Shown one piece after another: positions 19,237 to 27,500 of a stretch of 64,000 nt of DNA. Origin of the DNA: an uncultured Nitrospirales bacterium (GTDB lineage Bacteria > Hydrogenedentota > Hydrogenedentia > Hydrogenedentales > GCA-2746185); NCBI GenBank assembly GCA_964467615.1, contig CAYXRK010000001.1, positions 14,008 to 78,007 on the forward strand. Direction: 5' to 3'. How positions within the stretch are numbered: position 1 is the first letter of the stretch; each line of letters starts with the position of its first letter. A program made the position numbers and the translations under genes. Below the pieces are notes generated by a model. It searched no databases. It saw nothing but the letters and a program-made list of their open reading frames with translations, and was not told the DNA's origin.

Positions 19237-21093
19237 ATGCGAATCGCACGACTCGTCATCGTCGTCCTGGCAGGCATTCCGTTCGCGTCGTCCTCCGGCC
19301 ACGCCGCCCAATTGAGCGAAGAGGAGGCACTCAATTTACTGGACGCCGCATTCGCACGGCCTGGAGATGCCACGAAATTGACGCGCGTATTCCGAGATGT
19401 GCCGATGGATCGCGAGGTGGCGTTCCAGCTCGCTGAAAAGACGGTCTCCATCATGCCATCGGCGAACGGTCAATTGAATCAGGATGAAATCGAAGCGCTC
19501 GCCGAAGAGTTGCGCGCCATTCTTCGGAAATATCCACCAATCGACCAGGTGGCATGGATCGGCTACCACTCGGTGGCGTTTGCGTTCGGTAATCTTGGTC
19601 GCCTGAACGATGCTGAAAAAACACTGCTGACGTTGCGGTCTGCGGCCAAGAGCATTCCCAGCGAAGCGCTTGCGGCCCCGAACTCGCGATACGCGTGGGT
19701 GGAACCTGCTTCCGCGCAGATAGATCAGTTCCTGCCTCCCGGCGTTCTGGGGCTCGCGCATGCCAATCGCCTGCTTCAGATGGTTCGCGGCGACGCCGCA
19801 CTCGAGGAGAATATTCAACGATGGATTCGCCGGAGCCAAGAGCAATTAGCGACGAATCTCAATGCCTACAAAGACCGCTTTGAGGAAGAATTGCGCATCA
19901 TACGGGAGGACGGCTCAAAGGGGATTTGGCATTGTCTGAATTCCGGCCAAATGATCGTTATGTTGTTGGAAGCGGGCCGGGTTGAAGATGCCGAAGAGCT
20001 GATGGTCGATCTGTGGAACGGACTCGAAAATGTTTCCTACGATCCAAATGAACCGTCATGCAAGCTCGGTCTTGCCGAGACGATTGTCGCGTATTGGCGG
20101 CGCTTGGGTTTTGATCCTGTCTCACGTGTAAAGATTCTCAAGTCCGGCTACGACGCCGGCCCAAGCCTCGTCACGGCGCTAGCCGATGCGGCGGCGGTGA
20201 CACCTAATTCCGCGCCACAATTGTGGCATGCGCTCGGAAGTTACGCACTCGCCGAGATCGTGGACTCGCCTCGGGGTACGTTCACCAATCCCGACTATCG
20301 CTGGCTGGGTACGGGCCGACTGGAGAACGGTGTCCTGAATGTCCGTGCAAGTGACGGCGCCGATGGATTGCCAGGCGAATTCCGATCGGCCGATCCGTTC
20401 ACCGTCCTTCATGTGCTGATGCCTTTCTATCGTGCGCCGGTGTCCCTCGAAATCGTCGGGGATATGAGCTCGTCCCGGGACCTTAGCTTCCTGGTTCGCC
20501 GTAATGCGTCGTTGCGGTACACGCTCGATACCATCGCTCAACGCAATCCTGGACGTTTCCGGTGGACCGAGTTATCCGGTATCGTCTCCATCGTTGCCGG
20601 ACGGGTGCCGCCAGGCTACGTAAACAAATTGGAACTACCCATCGATTTGACGTTCAAGAACAAGTCTCTCATCGAGGCGTTTCTCGAATGGTCGGCGGCA
20701 GTGAACCGGGCCGCCGGAGACGGCGGTAGTCTGAAATTCCAGATCGACGCGGTGGAGAATTTGGTCAACCCCGAGCCGGTCTATTGGGACAACAAAACGA
20801 TTTCGTACGACGCAACGCACGTGCTCGCGCGTGAAGCCGCCTGCGCAATCTTAGCGGCTGCTCCCGCCGAGGCTATCTACTGGCAAACGACTTATCAGGA
20901 TACGTCTAATGGCCGCCGGGACGATATCTTTACTCTTTCAGTGCGAGGAGATTCGAATTGCAGTCCACAGGATCACGTGCAATGGCAGATCCGCCTTTAC
21001 GGAACCGATGTATTTCCGCGTAGTCGGCTCGAAAGTCGAGGCTTCGGCAACATCCAACGCGACACCGGAAGCCCTGCCGCAGTCCAGTGGTGA
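19237..21093 (+). CDS. secreted hypothetical protein (618 aa) with signal peptide
   Basis: MRIARLVIVVLAGIPFASSSGHAA signal peptide. No recognised domain. Lies in a lower-GC stretch preceded by a 570-bp AT-richer intergenic region. Confidence 0.5.
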   Translation: MRIARLVIVVLAGIPFASSSGHAAQLSEEEALNLLDAAFARPGDATKLTRVFRDVPMDREVAFQLAEKTVSIMPSANGQLNQDEIEALAEELRAILRKYPPIDQVAWIGYHSVAFAFGNLGRLNDAEKTLLTLRSAAKSIPSEALAAPNSRYAWVEPASAQIDQFLPPGVLGLAHANRLLQMVRGDAALEENIQRWIRRSQEQLATNLNAYKDRFEEELRIIREDGSKGIWHCLNSGQMIVMLLEAGRVEDAEELMVDLWNGLENVSYDPNEPSCKLGLAETIVAYWRRLGFDPVSRVKILKSGYDAGPSLVTALADAAAVTPNSAPQLWHALGSYALAEIVDSPRGTFTNPDYRWLGTGRLENGVLNVRASDGADGLPGEFRSADPFTVLHVLMPFYRAPVSLEIVGDMSSSRDLSFLVRRNASLRYTLDTIAQRNPGRFRWTELSGIVSIVAGRVPPGYVNKLELPIDLTFKNKSLIEAFLEWSAAVNRAAGDGGSLKFQIDAVENLVNPEPVYWDNKTISYDATHVLAREAACAILAAAPAEAIYWQTTYQDTSNGRRDDIFTLSVRGDSNCSPQDHVQWQIRLYGTDVFPRSRLESRGFGNIQRDTGSPAAVQW

Positions 21094-21372
21094 CGCTCGT
21101 CTATTCGTCAAGCCAAAGCAAAGCGATTGCCCGGCATCGCTTACGAAAACTTGTAAACCGGGGTCGCGATCACTATCCGGCTTACTCTTGCTCGTGATGA
21201 GGGCCTGGATGTGCTCCACGGTCTCCGGAGAGAAATATTGTTCTCCGGTTTCGCGGCACACGCGCGCTGGCACTTGCTCGATGAGGACGAACTCACCGTC
21301 TTGCTCGAGCGCGTAGGTCACGTGGGTTTCGACGATGGTTTTCATTCCTTCACTCCGTAAACCTGCTCGCGT
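20938..21372 (-). CDS. YgiT-type (MqsA-like) zinc-finger domain homolog with zinc ligands lost
   Basis: THVTYALEQDGEFVLIEQVPARVCRETGEQYFSPETVEHIQALI matches the TIGR03831/MqsA N-domain pattern (VPA.VC..CGE.YFS.ET), but only one of the four Cys is retained. GGAG Shine-Dalgarno. The C-terminal extension overlaps the 3' end of the 19237..21093 gene. Confidence 0.35.
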   Translation of the reverse strand, partial: TRAGLRSEGMKTIVETHVTYALEQDGEFVLIEQVPARVCRETGEQYFSPETVEHIQALITSKSKPDSDRDPGLQVFVSDAGQSLCFGLTNRRASPLDCGRASGVALDVAEASTFEPTTRKYIGSVKADLPLHVILWTAIRISSH

Positions 21373-21600
21373 GAGGTATCCGTGGAATTTTCCGGCTTTC
21401 GTTTTCTGTATTGCACGCCGTCGAGATTCTTGAAGTCGGCATCCTGAATCCAAAGGGTCGCATCGTGGGCCCGGGCCGTGGCCAACATTGGAGATACCTT
21501 TGCGGTTCCTGGTTGGATTCACCGGCCCTCGTGCTATAATTCGGCGAATTTCGCATCGGGAACTTTCCGTTTCGACGGGATATGAATAGGGTTACTGACA

Positions 21601-22293
21601 GTGTCTAGCGGGGAGTCTAAGGTCATGGCGGAAGGGTTGGCCGCGCGGCGCACGGCTGGGGGTGCGGTGTTGCGCGTCCTGGAACGGGACCAGCGTCTGT
21701 TCCGGGAATTGAAGGATGAAGATTTGATGCTGGAACACGCGGGCGGGTCGGAACCGGCGTATGAAGAGCTGGTCCGGCGCCACCAGAAGGGCGTGCTCAA
21801 TTATATGTACCGGATGGTGCAGAACCGCCACGTGGCGGAGGAACTGACGCAGGACGTTTTCCTGGCGTTGGTGCGGAACGCGGTGCGGTATCAGCCGACG
21901 GCGAAGTTTACGACGTATTTGTACGCGATTGCCTCGAATATGGTCTCGAAGGAATGGTTGCGCAGGAAGCGTCGCCCGAAGGTGTTCAGCCTTTTCGGCT
22001 GGGCGAAGGAGGGCGACGAACCGGGCTTCAATCCCGTCGAGCATGCGGCGGATGCACGGGCCGATACGTTGGCGGCGTTTCGGCGCGGGGAAGTCTCCGA
22101 GGCGGTGAACGAGGCGTTGCAGCATCTGCCGGAACATCAGCGCGAAGCGTTCGTGTTGCGGCGTTTTGAGGACATGTCGTACGAAGATATCGCGCAAGTG
22201 ACGCAAGTGCCGGTTGGGACGGCGAAATCGCGGGTAGTACGGGCTGAGCGGGCGCTGCGGCCGTTGCTAGAAGCGTTCCGGGAATACGTGTAG
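21601..22293 (+). CDS. ECF (sigma-24-type) RNA polymerase sigma factor
   Basis: Sigma-70 region 2 (YRMVQNRHVAEELTQDVFL) and region 4 (MSYEDIAQVTQVPVGTAKSRV). TATAAT at 21534-21539 upstream. Confidence 0.85.
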   Translation: MSSGESKVMAEGLAARRTAGGAVLRVLERDQRLFRELKDEDLMLEHAGGSEPAYEELVRRHQKGVLNYMYRMVQNRHVAEELTQDVFLALVRNAVRYQPTAKFTTYLYAIASNMVSKEWLRRKRRPKVFSLFGWAKEGDEPGFNPVEHAADARADTLAAFRRGEVSEAVNEALQHLPEHQREAFVLRRFEDMSYEDIAQVTQVPVGTAKSRVVRAERALRPLLEAFREYV

Positions 22294-22299
22294 GCGGGT

Positions 22300-22977
22300 A
22301 TGACAAAAGAACATCCAAGCGAGGCGAGACTGTTTGAGTACGCCGAGGCGCTGCTCGATGGCGGGCCGTTGCCGAAGGCGTTGGGTGGGCACGTTGCGGC
22401 GTGTTCGGTGTGCCGCGCACGCGTCGAGTCGGTCCGTGCGTCGTTGGCCTACGCCGGGAACTCGCGAGAGCTCGAACCTTCGCGCGAGATGACCGCGCGC
22501 ATTCTCTTGACCGCAAGGAACGAGCGGCGCAGGAACGATGCGCGGGCAATGCGGCAGGTAGTATTGCGGCGGGCGTCGAAGGTCGCCGGCGTCGCCGCGT
22601 TTGCGATCGTTGCGACGTTGACGTACCGCTCGGTGATGAGCGCGCCGGCATTGGCACAGGCGCCGGCAATTGTAGAGCAGACCGCGGCAAGCACCGTTGA
22701 CTCAACGGTGTTCGCGGATCGGGTGGCGACGTTAAGCGCTTCGAGCGCGGAGGAGACGGTGCTGAGCGGGGCGGTGATGGCGTCATATTGGCAGCCGCGG
22801 CGGCCTTTGGAAAAGGCGCAGCTTCGCGCGGTAAAGGAACTCGAGGACGATATTTCGGAGGCGCTCGAGGCGGTGCAGGAGAACCCGGGGCTTGCTCGTG
22901 CGGCGAGCGTGGTGTCGAGCGCTCGGCAGCGGCGCGCGGACACGATGAAAGCGTTGTTCGTCGCGAGAAGTCTATAA
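22300..22977 (+). CDS. anti-sigma factor (zinc-finger HxxxCxxC, single TM helix)
   Basis: HVAACSVC motif near the N-terminus. Central TM helix (VAGVAAFAIVATLTY). Directly follows the ECF sigma gene. Confidence 0.7.
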   Translation: MTKEHPSEARLFEYAEALLDGGPLPKALGGHVAACSVCRARVESVRASLAYAGNSRELEPSREMTARILLTARNERRRNDARAMRQVVLRRASKVAGVAAFAIVATLTYRSVMSAPALAQAPAIVEQTAASTVDSTVFADRVATLSASSAEETVLSGAVMASYWQPRRPLEKAQLRAVKELEDDISEALEAVQENPGLARAASVVSSARQRRADTMKALFVARSL

Positions 22978-22984
22978 TCGCTGC

Positions 22985-25009
22985 ATGAGACAACCGTGCG
23001 GGTCGAGGGCCAAGGCGGCGGTCTTGGCCTGTTTTGTTTGTTGGGGGTCGCTTGCGCAAGACGCGCCGCCTGCTGATCCGCCGCCCGTGCCCACGGAAGC
23101 GCCGGCGCAAGAGCCTGCGCCACAGCCTTCGGCTGAAACACCCGCCGCAGTACCGCCGGCGGATATACCGGCGGAAACGCCTGCGCCGGAGGAACTATCG
23201 GCGGCGGCGCCTGCACCAGCGCCGGTGGCGCCACTAGAGTCCCTTCCCTCGCCGGAAGAAACGCCTGCGCCCGCGGCGGTGGATTTCACAGGTCTGCTCA
23301 CGTTTACGCGCACTTGGGAGCAGCAGTTTCCCGCGGCGGAACCACCGCGCATCGACGTGTCCCACAAGCATGGGCCGTTGCTGGTTCGGGTATGGGACCA
23401 GCCGCTCGTGCGCGCCACGGCGACCATGACGGTTGGCGCTCTGGATCAGGCCGTGGCTCAGCAATTCGCTGATGCAATTATCGTTCAAGCCGAGCAGGAG
23501 GGCCCCCGGCTTCTGTTCGTTTCGACCTATCCGAGTGGGGACGGTACGCCCGCAATCGGGGCATACACGATGGAACTGTCGTTGGACGTTCCGAGAGCGT
23601 CGTCGCTGTCGGTGCGAAATGAATTCGGTGACACGAACGTGGTTGGGATAAACGGGCAATTGACGCTCAACTCCGTATTCGGCGCGGTCGAATTGCGCAA
23701 CATTGGCGGTGTAGCGCGGGTGTTTGCGAAGGGCGAGTTCCCGTTCGTGGCGCGCGGACTGTTGCAAGGGGGGACGTTTGTGCTGCGCGGATCCGCCGCA
23801 GTGTTTTCCGAGTACTCGGACGCGCTCGTAGTCCGGAGCACGTCGGGCGCCGTCGAGGTGCGTAACCCTGGGGCTGCGAGCGAGTTGGACGTCACGGCGG
23901 ATTTCTGCCCGGTGCACGTCTACGTGCCCGAGGGCGCAGCGCCGAGCCTGTACTTCGCCGCGCAGGAGGGCGCGATTGAATCCGAAATCGAACTCGAGCG
24001 GGACGCATGGGGCACGAATCTTCTGGCGCGTAAGTTGATCGACACGGCGACGCAGCGCATCACGGTGCATTCGTCGTTTGAAAAGATTTACGTCCATCAG
24101 GAAAGCGCGCAACCTGCCCCCGCGCCCGTGGTCAACGAAAGCGCGCAGAGCGTGCAGGAGCCCATCGGGCCGGTGGAGCTTCCGATCGCGGCGGACGGCG
24201 TGTTGCTGGTGCAGTCCGCCATCGGCGACGTCCGGGTCCAGGCCGGAGACGTTGCCACGGTAACGATTACGGCCGCGAAGCACGCGCGGCTCGGTGACAT
24301 CGCGCAAGCCCCGGCCGCGCTGGCGCTGTTGGGCTTCGAAACGGGCCAGGCCGCGGACGGCGCGCTGACTGTAACGACCAGTGTTGGCGAAGGCATGGCG
24401 CAGTTGACGGCGAGCGACTACCGGATCGATTTGCAGATCGTGTGTCCGCGGACGATAACGGTGCGCCTGAAATGCGAAGAGGGGCACACGAACGTTTCGG
24501 GTACCGCGGGCGCCGTCGTGGTCGAGCAGGGGCGCGGACTCGTCGAGATCACGGACACGAAGGGAAGCCTGGACTTGTCGAGCCGGCTTGGCGACGTTAC
24601 CGTGGTCAATTCGGCTGGCCCCGTCGCCCTACGCGCTACCGCCGGTACGGTTTCACTGCGGGAGGTATTGGCCTCCGCTGAAGTGCGGTGCGCTGCGGGC
24701 ACTATCGTCGTGGACACACCCAGGGCGGGTCTGTTGGCCGCCGCGCAGAAGGGCGACGTGCGCGTGATCGCGGCAGCAGGTATCTTCGGCGATTTCGACA
24801 TCAAGACCGAGGACGGCAGCATAAACGTTCTCGCTCCGGAAGTCCCCAATGCCAACTTTCACTTGAGCACGTACGGCGGCAGCGTGCACAGCCGCCTTCC
24901 GATATCCGGCACCCAGGTCGGGGACGTGCAGTCGTTTCAAACCGAGCCAATCAGCGATGCGCCCCGCGTGTTCCTCGAAGCCAAGCGCGGAAATATCTAC
25001 CTCGACTGA
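22985..25009 (+). CDS. DUF4097 (putative adhesin) domain protein with signal peptide and Pro/Ala-rich linker
   Basis: Repetitive beta-rich C-terminal half typical of DUF4097. Third member of the sigma / anti-sigma / DUF4097 triad. Confidence 0.6.
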   Translation: MRQPCGSRAKAAVLACFVCWGSLAQDAPPADPPPVPTEAPAQEPAPQPSAETPAAVPPADIPAETPAPEELSAAAPAPAPVAPLESLPSPEETPAPAAVDFTGLLTFTRTWEQQFPAAEPPRIDVSHKHGPLLVRVWDQPLVRATATMTVGALDQAVAQQFADAIIVQAEQEGPRLLFVSTYPSGDGTPAIGAYTMELSLDVPRASSLSVRNEFGDTNVVGINGQLTLNSVFGAVELRNIGGVARVFAKGEFPFVARGLLQGGTFVLRGSAAVFSEYSDALVVRSTSGAVEVRNPGAASELDVTADFCPVHVYVPEGAAPSLYFAAQEGAIESEIELERDAWGTNLLARKLIDTATQRITVHSSFEKIYVHQESAQPAPAPVVNESAQSVQEPIGPVELPIAADGVLLVQSAIGDVRVQAGDVATVTITAAKHARLGDIAQAPAALALLGFETGQAADGALTVTTSVGEGMAQLTASDYRIDLQIVCPRTITVRLKCEEGHTNVSGTAGAVVVEQGRGLVEITDTKGSLDLSSRLGDVTVVNSAGPVALRATAGTVSLREVLASAEVRCAAGTIVVDTPRAGLLAAAQKGDVRVIAAAGIFGDFDIKTEDGSINVLAPEVPNANFHLSTYGGSVHSRLPISGTQVGDVQSFQTEPISDAPRVFLEAKRGNIYLD

Positions 25010-25081
25010 CGTAGAATTGGCGTCGTTGTTTGTGTGACGCCCCTCGGTTTGTCGAGCCGATCATTGAAGGGAGCGAGTACG

Positions 25082-25324
25082 ATGCTACACATGGCGCGCC
25101 CGGCCCATCCGGGACAATTCGTGAGGATGGAAGTGATCGGACCGCTCGGCCTCACCGTTACCGAAGCCGCTAAAGTCCTTGGCGTGACGCAGCCCGCGCT
25201 TTCCGCTCTGCTCAACGCGCGCGCGGCGATTTCTCCGGAAATGGCGCTGAGGATAGAACTGGCCTTCGGCCCCCAATGGATACGCTTCTCCGCATGCAGG
25301 CGGCTTACTCGGCGGCGAAAGTAA
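25082..25324 (+). CDS. higA: HigA-family antitoxin (XRE-type HTH), probably frameshifted; the intact reading would extend to about 25410
   Basis: HPGQFVRMEVIGPLGLTVTEAAKVLGVTQPALSALLNARAAISPEMALRIELAFG matches the HigA consensus. The conserved C-terminal FG..xxFWLNLQxAYDL is recovered only in the +1 frame after the C5 run at 25270-25274 (…FGPPMDTLLRMQAAYSAAKV…). No higB partner nearby. Confidence 0.55.
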   Translation: MLHMARPAHPGQFVRMEVIGPLGLTVTEAAKVLGVTQPALSALLNARAAISPEMALRIELAFGPQWIRFSACRRLTRRRK

Positions 25325-25488
25325 GGAACGACTCCAAACATATCAAGGTTAAGCGATACGTCGCGCGGGCCGGCAGCCGAGGGCGGCCGCCCCCCACTCG
25401 CTCGGCGTAACGCGCGACGCTATGCTTTGTTGGTAGGAAGAATTCAGCGTATGATGTTTAGCGGACATGTGCCTCGGAGGATCGGACC

Positions 25489-26064
25489 ATGAGATTGTCG
25501 GCGATGCTTATTGCATTCGTGTTGTTCACCGCGCCGGTAACGTCGTTCGCGCAAGGTGCCCCCATGCCGGAAGAGAACACCGGGCCGAAAGTCGGCGCGA
25601 AGGCGCCGGAGTTCACACTCAAGGACCAGAACGGCGCGGACCGAGTGCTCGCCGACTTCCTCAAGGAAGGCAAGGTCGCGCTGGTGTTCTACCGATCGGC
25701 GGACTGGTGACCGTACTGCAAAAAGCAACTGGTCGAGTTGCAACAACGTTCGGAAGAGTTGAAGGCCGCTGGAATCGTCGTCGTTGGAATAAGCTACGAT
25801 TCGGTCGACGTATTGAAAAAATTCTCGGATGCGAACAAAATTTCGCTTCCACTTTTGTCAGATGAAGGCAGCAAGACGATTGATGCGTTCGGCATCCGTA
25901 ACAAGGAGATGGCCGGGAAGGGCAAGTTCGACGGCATCCCGTATCCGGGCACGTACGTGTTGGACGCAAAAGGCGTCGTGCGGGCGAAGTTGTTCATCGA
26001 GAAGTATCAGGAGCGGCATCCGGTGGACGCGTTAATCGAGGCCGCGAAGACGATAGGCGAATAA
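25489..26064 (+). CDS. BCP/PrxQ-type peroxiredoxin selenoprotein (Sec encoded by in-frame UGA at 25708-25710; UxxC redox motif), secreted
   Basis: ORFs 25489..25710 and 25738..26064 are in the same frame, separated only by TGA. The joined product …VALVFYRSADW-U-PYCKKQLVELQQRSEELKAAGIVVVGISYDSVDVLKKFSDANKISLPLLSDEG… aligns continuously to BCP-type peroxiredoxins, with Sec replacing the Thr of TxxC. SECIS-like hairpin follows. N-terminal signal peptide. GGAGG Shine-Dalgarno. Confidence 0.75.
25725..25741 (+). promoter_or_regulatory. bacterial SECIS-like hairpin (GCAACU-GGUCG-AGUUGC) 14 nt downstream of the UGA
   Basis: Perfect 6-bp stem with apical loop GGUCG. The loop starts 20 nt after the UGA. 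Comparable to the E. coli fdhF minimal SECIS (apical GGUC loop about 18 nt after UGA). Confidence 0.6.
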
Positions 26065-26104
26065 TAGTCCAGCGTTGCTGGTTACAAAACGGGAGGTACG
26101 GGAA

Positions 26105-27451
26105 ATGAACGCAAGTTGGAGAATAGTGGTAGGGCTGGCGGCGTGCGCGCCGTTGGCGTTGGCCGACGCCACGCCCTCGCAGCAGGTAACGTGGGCGAAG
26201 GACGTGATGCCGATCGTCCAGGAGAATTGCCAGGGGTGCCATCGCCCCGGGCAGATCGGGCCATTCTCGCTGATGAGCTTCGACGAGGCGAGGCCTTGGG
26301 CGAAATCAATCAAGCAGAAGGTGTCGGCACGGCAGATGCCGCCGTACTTCGCGGATCCGGCGTCGCTGCCGATGAAGGGCGACTTGAACTTGTCGCAAGG
26401 CGAGATGGACACGTTCGCCGCGTGGGTGGATCAGGGCGCCAAGTTAGGCAACGAAGCGGACCTACCCGCGCCGAGGAAGTTCGAGACCTTCGAGGGCGGC
26501 TGGCAACTGAAAAAGCCGGACGTGGTCATGCAGATGCCCGAACCGTTTGGTGTCGGCGCGGGCCAGGACGATTTGTATCAGTGCTTCAGCGTGCCGTTCG
26601 GACTGGACCAGGACGTATGGCTAAAGGGCGTCGAATTCAAGCCGGACAACACGAAGGTCGTCCACCATTTCATCCTGTTTGAGGACAAGTCTGGCAAGTT
26701 CAAGGAATACGACGCCGAGACACCCGAACCAGGCTGCGAATGCGCCGACATGGAAAAGGTGTTGCAGGGCACGAGCATGATCAAGATGTGGGCCCCTGCG
26801 AACGTGCAGCCGTTTCCGCCGGTTGGCGTGGCGCAGCGCGTCCTGAAGGGCAGCAACCTGATCCTTCAAGTTCACTACCACAACGTCACCGGCGAGGACC
26901 AATCAGACCAATCGAGTTTCGCGTTTCACTTGGCGCAGCCGGGCGAAACGATCATGAAGGAAATCCGGGGCCAGTTGGTCGTGCAGCCGAACTTGAACAT
27001 CAAGGCCGGCGATCCCGCGTCCAAATTTCAGGCGACGTACAAGACGCCGAAGGACATCACGCTATTTTCGTCGGGCGTACACATGCACTACCGCGGCAAG
27101 GACATGGGCATGTGGGCGAAGCGTCCCGGAGATACAGACGAAACGACGATCGTCTGGGTGCCGCGTTACGATTTCAACTGGCAGCTTACGTATGAGTTCA
27201 CGCAGCCGTGGAAAGCGCCCGCGGGGACCGAGTTCACGATGCGGTGCACGTTCGATAACTCAGCGAACAACCCATTCAACCCAGACCCAACGGTGGACGT
27301 GCATTGGGGCCTGTACAGCACGCAGGAGATGGCGTTCTCCGGATATTCGTACACACTTGATGAAGAGGCATTGAACATCACGCCCGTGATGCCTGCGCCC
27401 GAAGTGCTCTCACGATTCTCCGGATCCACGAAGGCCGTATCAGGCGACTAA
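26105..27451 (+). CDS. c-type cytochrome domain fused to a PHM/DBH-like copper type II monooxygenase domain, secreted
   Basis: Signal peptide. CQGCH haem-binding motif. HHFILF (CuH-like) and HMHYRGKDM...M (CuM-like H-x-H ... M) motifs as in the Cu2_monooxygen family. GGGAGG Shine-Dalgarno. 40 nt downstream of the Sec-peroxiredoxin gene. Confidence 0.55.
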   Translation: MNASWRIVVGLAACAPLALADATPSQQVTWAKDVMPIVQENCQGCHRPGQIGPFSLMSFDEARPWAKSIKQKVSARQMPPYFADPASLPMKGDLNLSQGEMDTFAAWVDQGAKLGNEADLPAPRKFETFEGGWQLKKPDVVMQMPEPFGVGAGQDDLYQCFSVPFGLDQDVWLKGVEFKPDNTKVVHHFILFEDKSGKFKEYDAETPEPGCECADMEKVLQGTSMIKMWAPANVQPFPPVGVAQRVLKGSNLILQVHYHNVTGEDQSDQSSFAFHLAQPGETIMKEIRGQLVVQPNLNIKAGDPASKFQATYKTPKDITLFSSGVHMHYRGKDMGMWAKRPGDTDETTIVWVPRYDFNWQLTYEFTQPWKAPAGTEFTMRCTFDNSANNPFNPDPTVDVHWGLYSTQEMAFSGYSYTLDEEALNITPVMPAPEVLSRFSGSTKAVSGD

Positions 27452-27500
27452 ACGCGACAACTTAGGCGATCCAAAGCCCGGCCGAACATGGCCGGGCTTT

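Noticed and set aside
23234-24487. 417-aa minus-strand ORF inside the DUF4097 gene
   Set aside because: Arg-rich antisense artefact.
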